Below the pieces are notes generated by a model that saw only the letters and a list, made by a program, of their open reading frames with translations, was not told the origin of the DNA and made no database searches. A program made the position numbers and the translations under genes. This document shows, piece after piece, positions 1 to 10,082 of a stretch of 64,000 nucleotides of DNA. Every line of letters starts with the position of its first letter. Position 1 is the first letter of the stretch. The stretch is taken from IMG/VR virus record IMGVR_UViG_3300042350_003801; one strand, given 5' to 3'. This stretch comes from a virus (Duplodnaviria; Caudoviricetes).

Positions 1-62
1 TTGGATAGCATTGTAGCATCACAACTTCTAATCTTGGATCTAGGAGTAGAAGGTCTTCCGCT

Positions 63-257
63 TTAACTGGCCTGCTCATTCTCTTGCTCTCCTTTTGCTT
101 TCTTACGTGATTTTTTTAGGTCCTTCATCAATAGTTTAATCTCTTGATAGGCTTCTTCTGCGGTCATCTTATCGCCAATCTCCAGGCCCACAATAATTTC
201 AATTCTATCGGCAAAAGCCGCCATATCCTTTTCAAACGGGGTTAAATCATAAGCCAT
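63..257 (-). CDS. small hypothetical protein, cyanophage-like
   Basis: ORF track; tightly packed with neighbours, no recognisable motif. Confidence 0.6.
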   Translation of the reverse strand: MAYDLTPFEKDMAAFADRIEIIVGLEIGDKMTAEEAYQEIKLLMKDLKKSRKKAKGEQENEQAS

Positions 258-472
258 TAGTCTTCCTCTTGGTATTCGGGGTCTTCATATTCGTCTTGTA
301 TCTTTTGTATCATATCTTCAAAACGAACAATATTCGTTTCTTCTTCCTCAACACAAACCTCATCTTTAAGAAGTTCAACAATATTCTCTAAATTTTGAAT
401 CAAAAGTTTAAGACGTTTATTGTTTACTTTCTCGGGGACGGGCTGCTCTTGAGGTCGGTAATACCCTAGCAT
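257..472 (-). CDS. hypothetical protein
   Basis: ORF track; stop overlaps next start; GGAG upstream. Confidence 0.6.
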   Translation of the reverse strand: MLGYYRPQEQPVPEKVNNKRLKLLIQNLENIVELLKDEVCVEEEETNIVRFEDMIQKIQDEYEDPEYQEED

Positions 473-487
473 AGTTCCTCCATTTTG

Positions 488-1204
488 TCAAGTCCCGAAC
501 GTGCGGGTGGTATAAATTCCGTCCTTCTCTAAAACTGCGCTACACGTATCGACCCAATCTCCACAGCAGAAATACTGATAATCATCAATAATTCTATGAT
601 TGAGATGATGAATGTGGCCAACAATCGCCCCAGTGTATAGTCTATTGTGGAGATTTTCCTTAATTTTTAGACCGGAAATAACATCCCGTTCATAAGAATC
701 AATATAATCTTTTCCGCGTTTTGTTTTCTTTAAGAAGTTTACCAACGATACATTGAAATTCTTCTTTAGAAAATGATTAAGAGGCGTAATCCATTCATAG
801 CCTTTATGTAAGAAAAACTGTTTCCAATCTCCAGATGAATGAGTTGAAAGTTTATCTCCGTGAATGCACAAGAAGTTATTCCCCTTTAAATCTGTATGAA
901 CATATTCTCTACAGAATTTAATCCCATTTAAGATGGATGAATATCTTGATAGATCCTTTTCGTGATTGCCGTAAATATAGACAATTTCACAACCGTTTTT
1001 CTTCTTTTCTAGAAGTTTATGAATGATAAGAGTATGAAGTCTATTCCATTTTGAACCTCTTTCTAGGCACATTAAATCAATAACATCACCAACGAGAACA
1101 AGTTTCTTCGTCTTAATTTCCGAAAGAAATCCCAAAAGGGCCTCGGCATTGCATCTGCTAGTGCCAATATGTAAATCCGAAATGAAAACGGTGTCGTGAA
1201 TCAT
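488..1204 (-). CDS. metallophosphoesterase, UDP-2,3-diacylglucosamine hydrolase (LpxH)-like
   Basis: motifs SDLHIG, GDVID, GNHE, HGD, GHIH. Confidence 0.8.
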   Translation of the reverse strand: MIHDTVFISDLHIGTSRCNAEALLGFLSEIKTKKLVLVGDVIDLMCLERGSKWNRLHTLIIHKLLEKKKNGCEIVYIYGNHEKDLSRYSSILNGIKFCREYVHTDLKGNNFLCIHGDKLSTHSSGDWKQFFLHKGYEWITPLNHFLKKNFNVSLVNFLKKTKRGKDYIDSYERDVISGLKIKENLHNRLYTGAIVGHIHHLNHRIIDDYQYFCCGDWVDTCSAVLEKDGIYTTRTFGT

Positions 1205-1584
1205 CGTCCAATATCAATAAGTGTATGATAGCCTGCATTCATCTGTTGAAGAATCCATTGGGCGCCAAGTTTTGAATCTGCAATACCGCAAGTATAAATG
1301 TCAAAGGCTGCGGTTCCTTTCTCTGGAAAGGTATGAACTGAAATATGCGATTCAGATAAAAGAAGTATTACGGTTATACCTTGCGGGTCAAATTTATGAG
1401 ACACGACATTTAAAATGGTTGCTCCACATTCATCAGCGGCTTTTCTTAAAACACGAATCATAAAGTCTTCGTTATCAAGAATCTCAAACTTACAACCATA
1501 AACATTGAGTAGACAATGATGCCCCATACTAACCATTTGGAGTATCCTCCAAAAGTTTAGAGACGATTTGTTCGGTTCCGTCAA
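1201..1584 (-). CDS. speD: S-adenosylmethionine decarboxylase proenzyme (true start probably near 1536 or 1527)
   Basis: FDPQGIT...LSESHISVHTFPE...DIYTCG signature with the E-S self-cleavage site. Confidence 0.9.
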   Translation of the reverse strand: MTEPNKSSLNFWRILQMVSMGHHCLLNVYGCKFEILDNEDFMIRVLRKAADECGATILNVVSHKFDPQGITVILLLSESHISVHTFPEKGTAAFDIYTCGIADSKLGAQWILQQMNAGYHTLIDIGR

Positions 1585-1696
1585 GAGTTTTCATCTCGTA
1601 TAGACTACTCCTCATATATTTTTTAATCTTCTTATATCGTTTGAGGAGTTTATTCAACTCATTATCATTAATAATTGCTCTTGCAAAACCGCTCAT
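1529..1696 (-). CDS. 55-aa hypothetical protein (MSGFARAIIND...), not in the ORF track
   Basis: translated by hand; fills the gap; ATGA overlap with the upstream gene. Confidence 0.55.
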   Translation of the reverse strand: MSGFARAIINDNELNKLLKRYKKIKKYMRSSLYEMKTLDGTEQIVSKLLEDTPNG

Positions 1697-2013
1697 TTCT
1701 TTTTGGTTACCTCTTCCTCTTTTTTCTTATTTTGTTTCCAAAGTCTTGGAATAACTCTCCCATTGGAGTAATCAATCTTTTTAATTACTCCCCCGAACCG
1801 GTCGTAATATAAATCAAAAATGTCAACCATTCTTGCTGCTCTACAAATGTCCACTTTTTCTCCTTCTTTATCCTTATAGTGAATTAAATAAGAATCCGAA
1901 GGAAGGTCATATGTATTAACATCTAAAGTGTTGGTAAAGAGAAGTTCGCACCTATAAGAGCTGGGAATGGCTTCTTTTTCTGGTGAAGACCAAGGTTCAA
2001 GAGTTGCGATCAC
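1693..2013 (-). CDS. hypothetical protein
   Basis: ORF track; ATGA overlap with neighbours. Confidence 0.65.
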   Translation of the reverse strand: MIATLEPWSSPEKEAIPSSYRCELLFTNTLDVNTYDLPSDSYLIHYKDKEGEKVDICRAARMVDIFDLYYDRFGGVIKKIDYSNGRVIPRLWKQNKKKEEEVTKKK

Positions 2014-2585
2014 ACTCTATTCCCCCATTGAATCTCGGGAAATGCTTCTTTAACAACATCGAAGGAAATGTTATACTTTTCTTGTAGCTTTTTATCTGTT
2101 ACAAAACAAATAATTTCAGCCTCACGAGGATGTAGACCTTGTAGCAGATTGATGAACATTGTTTCTCGGCGAATTTTAGATAATTCTGCATTTCCACCGT
2201 GAATGAAGTTTCGGAAATTATTATATTCCTTGCGAATAGTTGTTCGGTTATTACTACCATAAGAATCTAACATCTCAGTAGTCTTTAGTTGCTTATTCAT
2301 ACTATCTGAAAAGGTTGTATCATTTCCAACAACACCAATTTCCCTGGCATCGGCAAATGGAACATCCCCCGAGGGAACTGCCGAAACTAAGCTCGGGTCA
2401 TAATTCCAAATGAATACTGCCATCATAGATGGGTCCTTATATTCTTGAAGAACTTCTACTTTTTTGGCATTAGAACGTTGTTTTACAACAAGGTCAAAAA
2501 CTTCAAATAAAAAGGGATTGGCTGGAAGTTTTTTAGGCGTAGTCACCTTCGTCGTCTTCGTCTGTGTCGTCATAATTTTGATCAA
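2010..2585 (-). CDS. conserved T4-like hypothetical protein (likely start MTTQ at 2573)
   Basis: ORF track; start lies inside the remnant 3' end of the upstream gene. Confidence 0.7.
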   Translation of the reverse strand: MIKIMTTQTKTTKVTTPKKLPANPFLFEVFDLVVKQRSNAKKVEVLQEYKDPSMMAVFIWNYDPSLVSAVPSGDVPFADAREIGVVGNDTTFSDSMNKQLKTTEMLDSYGSNNRTTIRKEYNNFRNFIHGGNAELSKIRRETMFINLLQGLHPREAEIICFVTDKKLQEKYNISFDVVKEAFPEIQWGNRV

Positions 2586-2634
2586 ATGTTACTGCGTAAA
2601 GTATGTCTGGTTTGATAGGCCCGTCGCTATTATA
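2555..2634 (-). repeat. displaced original 3' end of the 2839-3060 gene; 80-bp imperfect direct repeat of 2858-2937
   Basis: 71/80 identical by manual alignment; encodes YNSDGPIKPDILYAVTFDQNYDDTDE versus YNYDGSIKPDILYAVTFDQNYDDTDE. Confidence 0.95.
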
Positions 2635-2791
2635 GTAACAAAAACCAATAAGAGCCAAAAACTCTATTGATTTTATAGACGCTTCATAGCAGATGCTAAA
2701 TGGTAAATAACCTTTTTAGTCTTAATTCCGCTCCACGTCCGTAATCGGTGTACTCCACCGATACCCGAAAAGTATTAACTAGCCGAGCGTC
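2612..2791 (-). ncRNA. orphan TnpB omegaRNA-like gene (29-nt leader, scaffold, putative guide)
   Basis: 2657-2762 homologous to the tnpB 3' region 55697-55804 with a compensatory stem change; own TAAATA promoter at 2794-2799. Confidence 0.8.
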
Positions 2792-2937
2792 TTTATTTAT
2801 CTAACTTTTGTTTGTGGATAACTGAAAATACTCTATTCTCAGGCGTCCTCATAATCTTCTTCGTCTGTGTCGTCATAATTTTGGTCAAAAGTTACTGCAT
2901 AAAGGATATCTGGTTTGATAGACCCGTCGTAGTTATA
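2635..2937 (-). mobile_element. non-autonomous, tnpB-less derivative of the tnpB element, carrying a recoded host-gene 3' end
   Basis: same junctions (ATGTAT left, TTACTAT right), same leader and same scaffold as 55695-57089. Confidence 0.75.
2794..2799 (-). promoter_or_regulatory. T4-type late promoter (TAAATA) for the orphan omegaRNA
   Basis: GATAAATAAAG directly upstream of the leader; same context as 57004-57009. Confidence 0.7.
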
Positions 2938-3060
2938 CATCTCAGGGTGAAGTCTAGGAGCCGGGGGATAAAACTTGGATGCTATAAATCCAATAATACC
3001 ACCGAGCATTAAAAAGCAAAGAACTAGTAGAACAGTTAGAGCAGTTAGTAGGCTGAACAT
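2839..3060 (-). CDS. small membrane protein with N-terminal transmembrane helix and acidic tail; 3' end supplied by the inserted element
   Basis: hydrophobic N-terminus; last ~32 codons lie within the element. Confidence 0.7.
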   Translation of the reverse strand: MFSLLTALTVLLVLCFLMLGGIIGFIASKFYPPAPRLHPEMYNYDGSIKPDILYAVTFDQNYDDTDEEDYEDA

Positions 3061-3212
3061 TTTAGTTTTCTCCTGAATGTTTTTTAGTTATTTTTAACTC
3101 AATCTTCAGGTGAATTTCTTTTGAAAAAAATGAAACTACCTTAGCAATTCTAAAATTGAATAGTCCCTCCGTTTTTTCCTGCTTTTTACTGCGGAGCATA
3201 AACTCCACACCC

Positions 3213-3566
3213 CTATTTAGTTTTAACTTTGGCTCTCCTTCCCGGTCTCTTGTCATAAACATATTTCTCGGCGTCGTTAATGAATGATTCCAGGTAGGTC
3301 TTAATACGCCGAGCAAAAGGCTTTGAGAGGTGCCCATAAGCCTCTCTAAGGTAGCAGTGGCGAGGGTCCTGCCCACCCTCAAGGTATTCGGACAATTCTT
3401 GTATGGTGGTCTTTAGATTGACTACTGTGGGGCTACCCAAAAAATCCTGGGCATCAGTTCTTCTAAATTCTTTTTGCTGAAGATATGTATATAAATTAAG
3501 AATGAACTTACTTTCCCCAAAGGCGAAATCAATTGCTCTTTCAACATCAATGTAAACTTCTTCCAT
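3213..3566 (-). CDS. hypothetical protein
   Basis: ORF track; operon packing. Confidence 0.65.
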   Translation of the reverse strand: MEEVYIDVERAIDFAFGESKFILNLYTYLQQKEFRRTDAQDFLGSPTVVNLKTTIQELSEYLEGGQDPRHCYLREAYGHLSKPFARRIKTYLESFINDAEKYVYDKRPGRRAKVKTK

Positions 3567-3802
3567 TACAGAATTTTCTGCTCCTTTAGGAATAGGATTG
3601 TATCTTTACAACCGCCCAATTTTTTATTGCCCATTAAAACTTGAGGAAAAGTTGTCCCCTCACCAAACTCATAGTAAAAATCATCTTTTGAATAATGCTC
3701 ACCAAGATTATAAACAACGTGTTCTAACCCAGCAAGGTGCATCACTTTTTTAATTTGGTCGCAATATGGGCAACAGTCTTTTGAGTAAATTACGAATTTC
3801 AT
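3566..3802 (-). CDS. glutaredoxin
   Basis: CPYC active site; TFPQV and GGC motifs. Confidence 0.9.
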   Translation of the reverse strand: MKFVIYSKDCCPYCDQIKKVMHLAGLEHVVYNLGEHYSKDDFYYEFGEGTTFPQVLMGNKKLGGCKDTILFLKEQKIL

Positions 3803-4056
3803 TTTTGGGTTTCAATATCGGAGATTCTTTTTCTTAGGGTGTCTATTTGTCTCTGCTTGCTTTCATCTTCAGCAGCTTTTCTCTGTGCATCTGCGCTCTG
3901 CTGAAGTTTCTCTTGGTTACTTTGTCGCTGCTGTTCTTGTTCTGCGGCGATTTGTTCTCTTTTTTCTACAGAGTTTTGAGCAGAGGTTGAACGAATAACC
4001 CGTCTGCGTGTTTCTATGTTTGAATTATCTTCGCAAAATTGTTGAAAGGTTTTCAT
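3799..4056 (-). CDS. Gln/Glu-rich coiled-coil protein with a capsid-targeting-like N-terminus
   Basis: starts MKTFQQFCED. Confidence 0.55.
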   Translation of the reverse strand: MKTFQQFCEDNSNIETRRRVIRSTSAQNSVEKREQIAAEQEQQRQSNQEKLQQSADAQRKAAEDESKQRQIDTLRKRISDIETQK

Positions 4057-4079
4057 CCTACTTTTTAAATTAGAACTAT

Positions 4080-4286
4080 TTAGAGGTCAAAAATCTTTCC
4101 AGCCGCAGATTGCTTATAGAACTCCAATTCTTGTCTCAGTTTTTCGTTCTCGGAAAGCAAAGAAGTAACATTTGCATTTACTCGTTCTGATTCAGTGAGA
4201 TTGTTGCGAAAAACATCAAGAGCAGTTTTAAATTTGGTAACAAACATTTCAATTGCGGGTGAGAGGGTGTGAATCGTCTGCACCAT
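4080..4286 (-). CDS. hypothetical coiled-coil protein
   Basis: ORF track. Confidence 0.5.
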   Translation of the reverse strand: MVQTIHTLSPAIEMFVTKFKTALDVFRNNLTESERVNANVTSLLSENEKLRQELEFYKQSAAGKIFDL

Positions 4287-4429
4287 CCAATGACTTGACG
4301 AATAGTTCGGCGAACTTTTGCATTCGTTCAGGAATGACGCTAGATGGTTGCTCGCTGATTGCCTTGCGAAGACTATCCATCTCTTTCCATTCTTCTATTG
4401 TCATTGGTTCGGTTGCATTCATTTTTTAT

Positions 4430-5574
4430 TTAGAGTTTAGTGAAGTTTACAGAGTAGTTTTCGTTTTCTTTAGATTTAAAGAATAGTTGCTGGGTTACAT
4501 TATCCCAACCAAAGGTATTCGGTTGTAGGTCATCAAGAAACTCATCGAGAGTTAACTTATCAGTTTCTCGTCTGTAGAACCAAATAGTGAAACTATCGGG
4601 CTCTTCTTCGGTTTCAATGAATTTCGTTGAAAGTTTTTTTGTAATTTCAAAGAAACCTTCAAAGGGTTGTTGAGTCTCCGCCATTGTCAATCTTTTTAAG
4701 AAGGGTTTCTTGAAGGGTTTTTAGGGCCTCGTATTGTTGGTCAACTACAGAGATATTCTCAATAGAAACAAGAATTTCACCTATTAGACGAATCACTACA
4801 GGCTTTTCAGTTCTAGATGCAAAACTTAGTGCATTGCGAATATGTGAGGCGGCTTCACTAAGTTCTTCTTGCACTCTTTCAGAAATTTGGTTCATTGTTG
4901 GTTTTGCAGGGTTTTGAGTTTAGGATAAATCGTTTCAGCTAGATGATACCGGCCACTATCAAAACTATCATACCAGCCAGCCTCTCTGTTGGAAAGAATT
5001 TCTTCTAGTTCTTTTAGAATAGAATCAAGCATTTCCGGCGGGTTGGGTAGAGATGGAGTTGGGCCGTAATCTGTGATAAGAGACGCTGTTCCAAAAGTCT
5101 CTTTCATATAAACTGGATCTCGGTCTGTTTTTGCCATTGTTTTAGTGAGTTGTGTCTCTGGTAATAGTTGGATAAATTGGTTCAATTTTACTTATGTTGC
5201 ACCAATCTGGTTTTTCCTTAAAGGTGCTACAAAGTTTTTGTTGCTCAGTTTGAGTTTTTGTGGTAAGTTGCCTATGAATGCAGGGAATGAAGACAACTCC
5301 ACAAACTATAGTTGCGGTGATTACATCAATCATCCGCCGAAACAAAACGTTGTGGATGTTGAGTAATTACAGAGTTCCAAACTTCTGGAAACTGCAAGTC
5401 AACTCGCTCAATAGAATATTCTAGAAAGGCAATTGCTGCATCTAATGCTACATCTGGATTTTCAGATTTTTCACGAGTATAATAGAGCATCTGTTTAACG
5501 TGTTCAAAGTTAAACAGAAGTTGTTCCATTTCACTTAATGAATCAAAAGAAGAAATGTAATGTGCGTCAAACAT
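4430..5574 (-). CDS. run of small hypothetical ORFs (4430-4690, 4659-4895, 4892-5185, 5142-5345, 5326-5574)
   Basis: contiguous overlapping minus-strand ORFs; no recognisable motifs. Confidence 0.5.
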
Positions 5575-5576
5575 GA

Positions 5577-6650
5577 TTAAATGAATCCTACAATAGATTT
5601 TGATTTAAGTTGGCTAGAAAAAGGCTGACGATTAAAGACTTCAGCTAGTGAAACCTCTTTTTCAAAAGGTGTTTGTTCAAGTTTAAGAGCCTCGGACACC
5701 GTATTAGCCTGCTGAGCTGTAAGATTCTCAAAATTAAGAATATCAAAGCACCGGCCAGGGCGAATAAGAGCAGGATCAATTTCTTTAACCGAAGGAAGAT
5801 TTGTTGTAAAAATAATCTTCTTATGTTGATTGCTAACTAATCCATCCCCAATATTGAGGAATTTCATAATCATATGATTTCCGTCCTTTCTCGGCCTAAG
5901 GAAAGTGTCGGAATCCTCAAGAACCAAAAGTTGACTATTATCATCACCAATAAAGTTGGCAAAGAAACTATCGTCTTCAAGAATCTTTACATCGTAGGAG
6001 ACGATAGCATTGCTTTTAGTATGTGCAATAAGACCCCGTAGAAATGTAGTCTTTCCGGTTCCAGGTGGACCAATAAGAATGAGAATAGAAGCCCTGGACT
6101 TCATATATTCATCATAATAATCTTCAAGTGACTTTTCACCGAGAAATGGATAGAACTCTTTAATTGGATAGTTGTCAGTTAAAACCGGAAGAGTTATGCT
6201 ATCACCTTTTCGGTTGTAGACCCATTCAATCGATGAAACAACTTCCTCAAAATTATCTTTAAAGAGCTGTTGCACTCTTTGAACCTCTTGCTCTTCTCCG
6301 AAAATTTGAACACTTGTTGAGTTTCGGTGAATAGCGCGAATTTCAATAACACATTGTTCACTCTTAAGAAGAAATGAATATTGCGTCTGCGAAATAACGA
6401 AATCTGGTAAAACCGCTTTTACAAACTCTTTGAGATTTTCTGGATTAGTGTAAAACTTGTAATCGGCCTTAAATACATTTTCTGAATTTTCCCAAGAAGA
6501 GTTGAGGAACTTGCCGAGAATGAAGTCTGAATAACAAATTTCTTGATAAGAGATGGAGTCGTTTGGCATTTCCTTTTTCATTGGTTCGTTCACATCATAG
6601 AACATTTTCGAGCGTGTTGGGTAGTAGGTGGACAGTTTTGTAACCGTCAT
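5577..6650 (-). CDS. AAA+ ATPase
   Basis: Walker A GPPGTGKT, Walker B LLVLED, TTN...IDPALIRPGR second region of homology. Confidence 0.9.
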   Translation of the reverse strand: MTVTKLSTYYPTRSKMFYDVNEPMKKEMPNDSISYQEICYSDFILGKFLNSSWENSENVFKADYKFYTNPENLKEFVKAVLPDFVISQTQYSFLLKSEQCVIEIRAIHRNSTSVQIFGEEQEVQRVQQLFKDNFEEVVSSIEWVYNRKGDSITLPVLTDNYPIKEFYPFLGEKSLEDYYDEYMKSRASILILIGPPGTGKTTFLRGLIAHTKSNAIVSYDVKILEDDSFFANFIGDDNSQLLVLEDSDTFLRPRKDGNHMIMKFLNIGDGLVSNQHKKIIFTTNLPSVKEIDPALIRPGRCFDILNFENLTAQQANTVSEALKLEQTPFEKEVSLAEVFNRQPFSSQLKSKSIVGFI

Positions 6651-8434
6651 AGTTGGTAATAATCGTCTTTTGGCTTGCTCTTTTGAAGTTTAATGAAATC
6701 TTCCGCCCGGTCGTATGAACGAAAAAATATCCTGTGCGGCGGAAAACTGGTTTCCCAATAATCCCAGTACACAAAAAAACGTTTATACTGTGGAACATAA
6801 ATGGTTAAGCCTTCTATGTCTGTTGTTTTTTTGATTCTGTGACTCATTTTTTGGGTTGCGTTTTTTGGAGGGTATAATCTTTTGCTTTTAAAGCATTCCG
6901 TTTAATATATTTTTCCATATCAATTTTATCTTTAAACCAACAAGTCTTCTTTTCGCCCCTATCTGAATGTTGCAGCTCAAATGGAAAGCTCAGATGAAAA
7001 GGCTTTGCATTCGGCTGTTCAACTGGTAGCGGGGCATTTGCAGGAGGATTTACCTTTGTTGTTGCATTGAGATTTCTACGCTTTTTTGCCACTTTCTCGT
7101 CCTGCTTCAAATGCTGCTTTTAACCAAGATAGAAAAACTCTCTCGGCTTCCTTCTTTTGCAGTTCGTCACCATCTTTTAAATAATGGTCACAATCTCCGA
7201 AAAACCTTTCACTCTTAAGAGAGAAATATTCAAGATAATAAAACCATTCGTCAAATGTGCTTTTTGTTTCCATTATCAACCCTCAAAGTCTTTAAATAAT
7301 TTTGATAACGGAGAAATTTTTGAATCGTTGGTTCTACCCCTAGACTCTCACAACAAAAAGTGTAACTAAGGAACTCGAACCAGGGGGCAGTGGAATCAAA
7401 ATCACTCATCATCTTCTTCTTCAGGTTTAAGGTCATAGTAGCACATATCTTCTTCATATCGGTGAAAAATACTACTACACGCCTCAACAAACGAATTTGA
7501 GATTTTCATAACATTCTCGTGACTGTCCTCAAAGTTATTCGTCAAAGAATCAATAAAATCTTCAGAAGGAATTTTAGCAAACAAAAGAGTAAGGGCGGCA
7601 ATCAAATAACCACCAATCCAATGGGCAGGAGAAACATCTCTCATAACTAAGATTCTATCAAAAGTGCTCGGCTCATCTTCTTCTAATTCTTCATCCTCAC
7701 TATAATATGCGATTCTCTGCATTCCGCAGAGCCATACTAATTCCATCATTAGATAGTTTTGCCCGTCGCTATCCAATGGCAATAAGTCTTCTTTTGTTGG
7801 AACCTTTCCACACTGCAAAACCTTAATAATCTCATCTGGAACATCTTCCAGTTCAATGTCTTCATAAAGAGCAGAATCCAGATTATAGCGGCTTTGTAAA
7901 CATTCAATAAACTCAACGGTAAATTCTGATGTGGATTCACTTTCAGCCTTAAGAGAGGCAACCATACTATTCAGTTGGGTAAAATCAAGTTCTTCAGTCA
8001 CAGTTTTGGTTCCTCACTTTTTTTAACATTTTTGACAAGTTCTCTGATAAGGAGACGGTATTCAATTTCCATTCTTAGACGGACTAATGGATTTTTTGGA
8101 TGATTATTCATCAACCACCATAAACCAGCAATCTTAACCCCGAGAAATTTAAGATTAAGAATAATGTATTCGGCAAACCTCGGTTCTATGTAAAGAAGGT
8201 AAAACAAGAAGCCAAAAAAGATTATAAGAGTTTGAAAATAAAGATTCATTTTTTGTGGAGTTTAATTGTTTGCTCTGGGCCAATTTGGACTGGACAATTG
8301 GGAACCGCTTTTCGGAGTTCACGAAAAATATGAACTTTTTGTTTAAGTGATAAGTTAGCAGATTTAACTAATCTTTCAGAAATGTCCACAAGTTGATTGC
8401 AAGTAAGAGTAGTTACAAGTATAAAAGGAAGCAT
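6647..8434 (-). CDS. run of small hypothetical ORFs (6647-6847, 6844-7110, 7076-7279, 7402-8001, 7998-8249, 8246-8434)
   Basis: ORF track; ATGA overlaps. Confidence 0.5.
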
Positions 8435-8446
8435 TATCTTCTGTCC

Positions 8447-9226
8447 TCAAATTTTAATAAACAAGTTTGGATTATAGCCCGTGTTTTGTCCGGGATACCC
8501 GACGGGATTACATATAACCCGACACTCTCCAATTTTGTAATCAAAAGGAGTATGCGTATGCCCGTGGATAAAGTATTTAATTTGAGGGTGTTTCATAATC
8601 AACTCATCTAAATCACTACAATACGCACTATTACACGATGAAGTTTTATACTCATCTGCAACGGAGCGATAACTTGGAGCGTGATGACTAATCACGAATA
8701 CATTCTCTTTGAGAGTTTCAAGTTGATTGAGAAGATAATCCCTACTTTTAAGATGAAAGTTTAGCGTATCTTGTGCCCTCAACTTTCTATAATTGGAACC
8801 AATACGAATGACTTTATAATCATTCATATATTGCTCCGCATCCATCATTTCTATAGGATTTCCATTACGAAAGTTAGTCCATAGAGTGAACCCCACAAAA
8901 GCCCAATCCCCAATCTTAATGGTATCATTCTCTAATAGATGGAAGTTATTGGAAAGATGCGCCCTTAGGGTTTTAAAGGTTCCTTCATAGTTAAATCCGA
9001 AGTGTTCGTGATTTCCTAACACATAAAGAACTTGATTAAAGTTCTTGGAACAATTCTCCAGAAATGTATCGTAAACATTGTGAAGGTACCCATCAGTCTT
9101 AAAATACTTAACCGAAAGAATATCTCCCGCTAAGATTAGTACATCTCCGCATCCTAAATCTGGAAGTATTTGACCAGAAATATAATGGTCAAGGTGGATA
9201 TCCGAAAAGGCCTTAATTTTTATCAT
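8447..9226 (-). CDS. calcineurin-like metallophosphoesterase
   Basis: SDIHLD, AGDI, LGNHE, SHHAP, HGHTH motifs. Confidence 0.9.
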   Translation of the reverse strand: MIKIKAFSDIHLDHYISGQILPDLGCGDVLILAGDILSVKYFKTDGYLHNVYDTFLENCSKNFNQVLYVLGNHEHFGFNYEGTFKTLRAHLSNNFHLLENDTIKIGDWAFVGFTLWTNFRNGNPIEMMDAEQYMNDYKVIRIGSNYRKLRAQDTLNFHLKSRDYLLNQLETLKENVFVISHHAPSYRSVADEYKTSSCNSAYCSDLDELIMKHPQIKYFIHGHTHTPFDYKIGECRVICNPVGYPGQNTGYNPNLFIKI

Positions 9227-9451
9227 CTTTAAGTTCGGTAATTTCTTCCTGAATCCGACAATGGAGTTCTTTTAGTTGAGTTGTAGAAACATCATAGTCG
9301 TCAAACTCATTATACTTTTTAATTGACTTAATTGCCACGGAAAGGCAATAATCAAGATTTTGGAGGTCGTTCAAATTAAGATTCATAGTTCTTTCTTAAT
9401 GAAGAGTTGATGGTTACACCCTACTAGATTTCGCTGGGTTGTGGGTATTTA

Positions 9452-9474
9452 GTGGACGGTTTGGGTACTGTCAC
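9452..9474. repeat. dispersed palindromic motif GTGGACGGTT-N5-ACTGTCAC (one of at least 12 variants)
   Basis: variants at 10057, 18561, 20002, 22485, 27069, 27159, 28483, 28611, 30826, 31135, 32089, 59632. Confidence 0.8.
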
Positions 9475-10001
9475 AAGTCGTTAAAAAGAGGAACGAACAA
9501 CAAAGTCTTACCGTCGTTCAATAAGGTATGCATACCAATTAGTTCATAAGTGGCATCACTGGCGGCATCCCAGGCGGCATCCCAGGCGGCATCCCAGGCG
9601 GCATCCCAGGCGGCATTCCCGGCGGCATCCCTGGCGGCATCCCAGGCGGCATTCCCGGCGGCATCCCTGGCGGCATCCCAGGCGGCATTCCCGGCGGCAT
9701 CCCTGGCGGCATCCCAGGCGGCATTCCCGGCGGCATATCCGGCGGCATATCCGGCGGCAGCCCCGGCGGCAGCCCCGGCGGCATTCCGGGCGGCAGACCA
9801 GGCGGCATTCCCGGCGGCGGAATCTAGGGCGCGGTAGCGGCGGGCAACCTCTTCCCATTGGTCAGCGGTAAGACTATCCATAAACCGCCAGAAGTTCAAG
9901 ACGGTTTCGTAGTTTGGTCCTAGAAAGTCTTGTGGGTTAGTAAGAACTTCTGGATTTTCTAGTTCGTTGGCGAAATTTTGATGGGCTTTGGAGTAATTCA
10001 T
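9471..10001 (-). CDS. Ala-rich repeat protein, paralog 1 (22 AAxx units)
   Basis: conserved N-terminus YSKAHQNF...FLGPNYETV and C-terminus ATYEL...VPLFNDL shared with three other ORFs. Confidence 0.85.
   Translation of the reverse strand: MNYSKAHQNFANELENPEVLTNPQDFLGPNYETVLNFWRFMDSLTADQWEEVARRYRALDSAAGNAAWSAARNAAGAAAGAAAGYAAGYAAGNAAWDAARDAAGNAAWDAARDAAGNAAWDAARDAAGNAAWDAAWDAAWDAAWDAASDATYELIGMHTLLNDGKTLLFVPLFNDL
9555..9818 (-). repeat. 12-bp tandem array GCCGCC-NGG-NAT, 22 units, with a 36-bp higher-order period
   Basis: read directly from the sequence. Confidence 0.95.
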
Positions 10002-10082
10002 AAATTCATTAAGATGTGATCACCATATCGCAAACAATGGAGCGACGGTTAAATTGGTGGACAGTTGAGCAACTGTCGGGGT

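Noticed and set aside
2555-2937. Target-site duplication or prophage att repeat
   Set aside because: The copies are 80 bp long with codon-biased differences; there is no integrase, and IS200/IS605 elements make no TSD.
9555-9818. CRISPR array
   Set aside because: Units are contiguous 12-mers with no spacers, lie within a CDS, and there are no cas genes.
9539-9858. PPGM-repeat, CRR-repeat and ASQA-repeat ORFs (also at 17433-17678 and 58203-58463)
   Set aside because: They are alternative-frame or antisense readings of the GC-rich 12-bp array, which lacks stop codons; only the Ala-rich frame has flanks conserved across all four copies.
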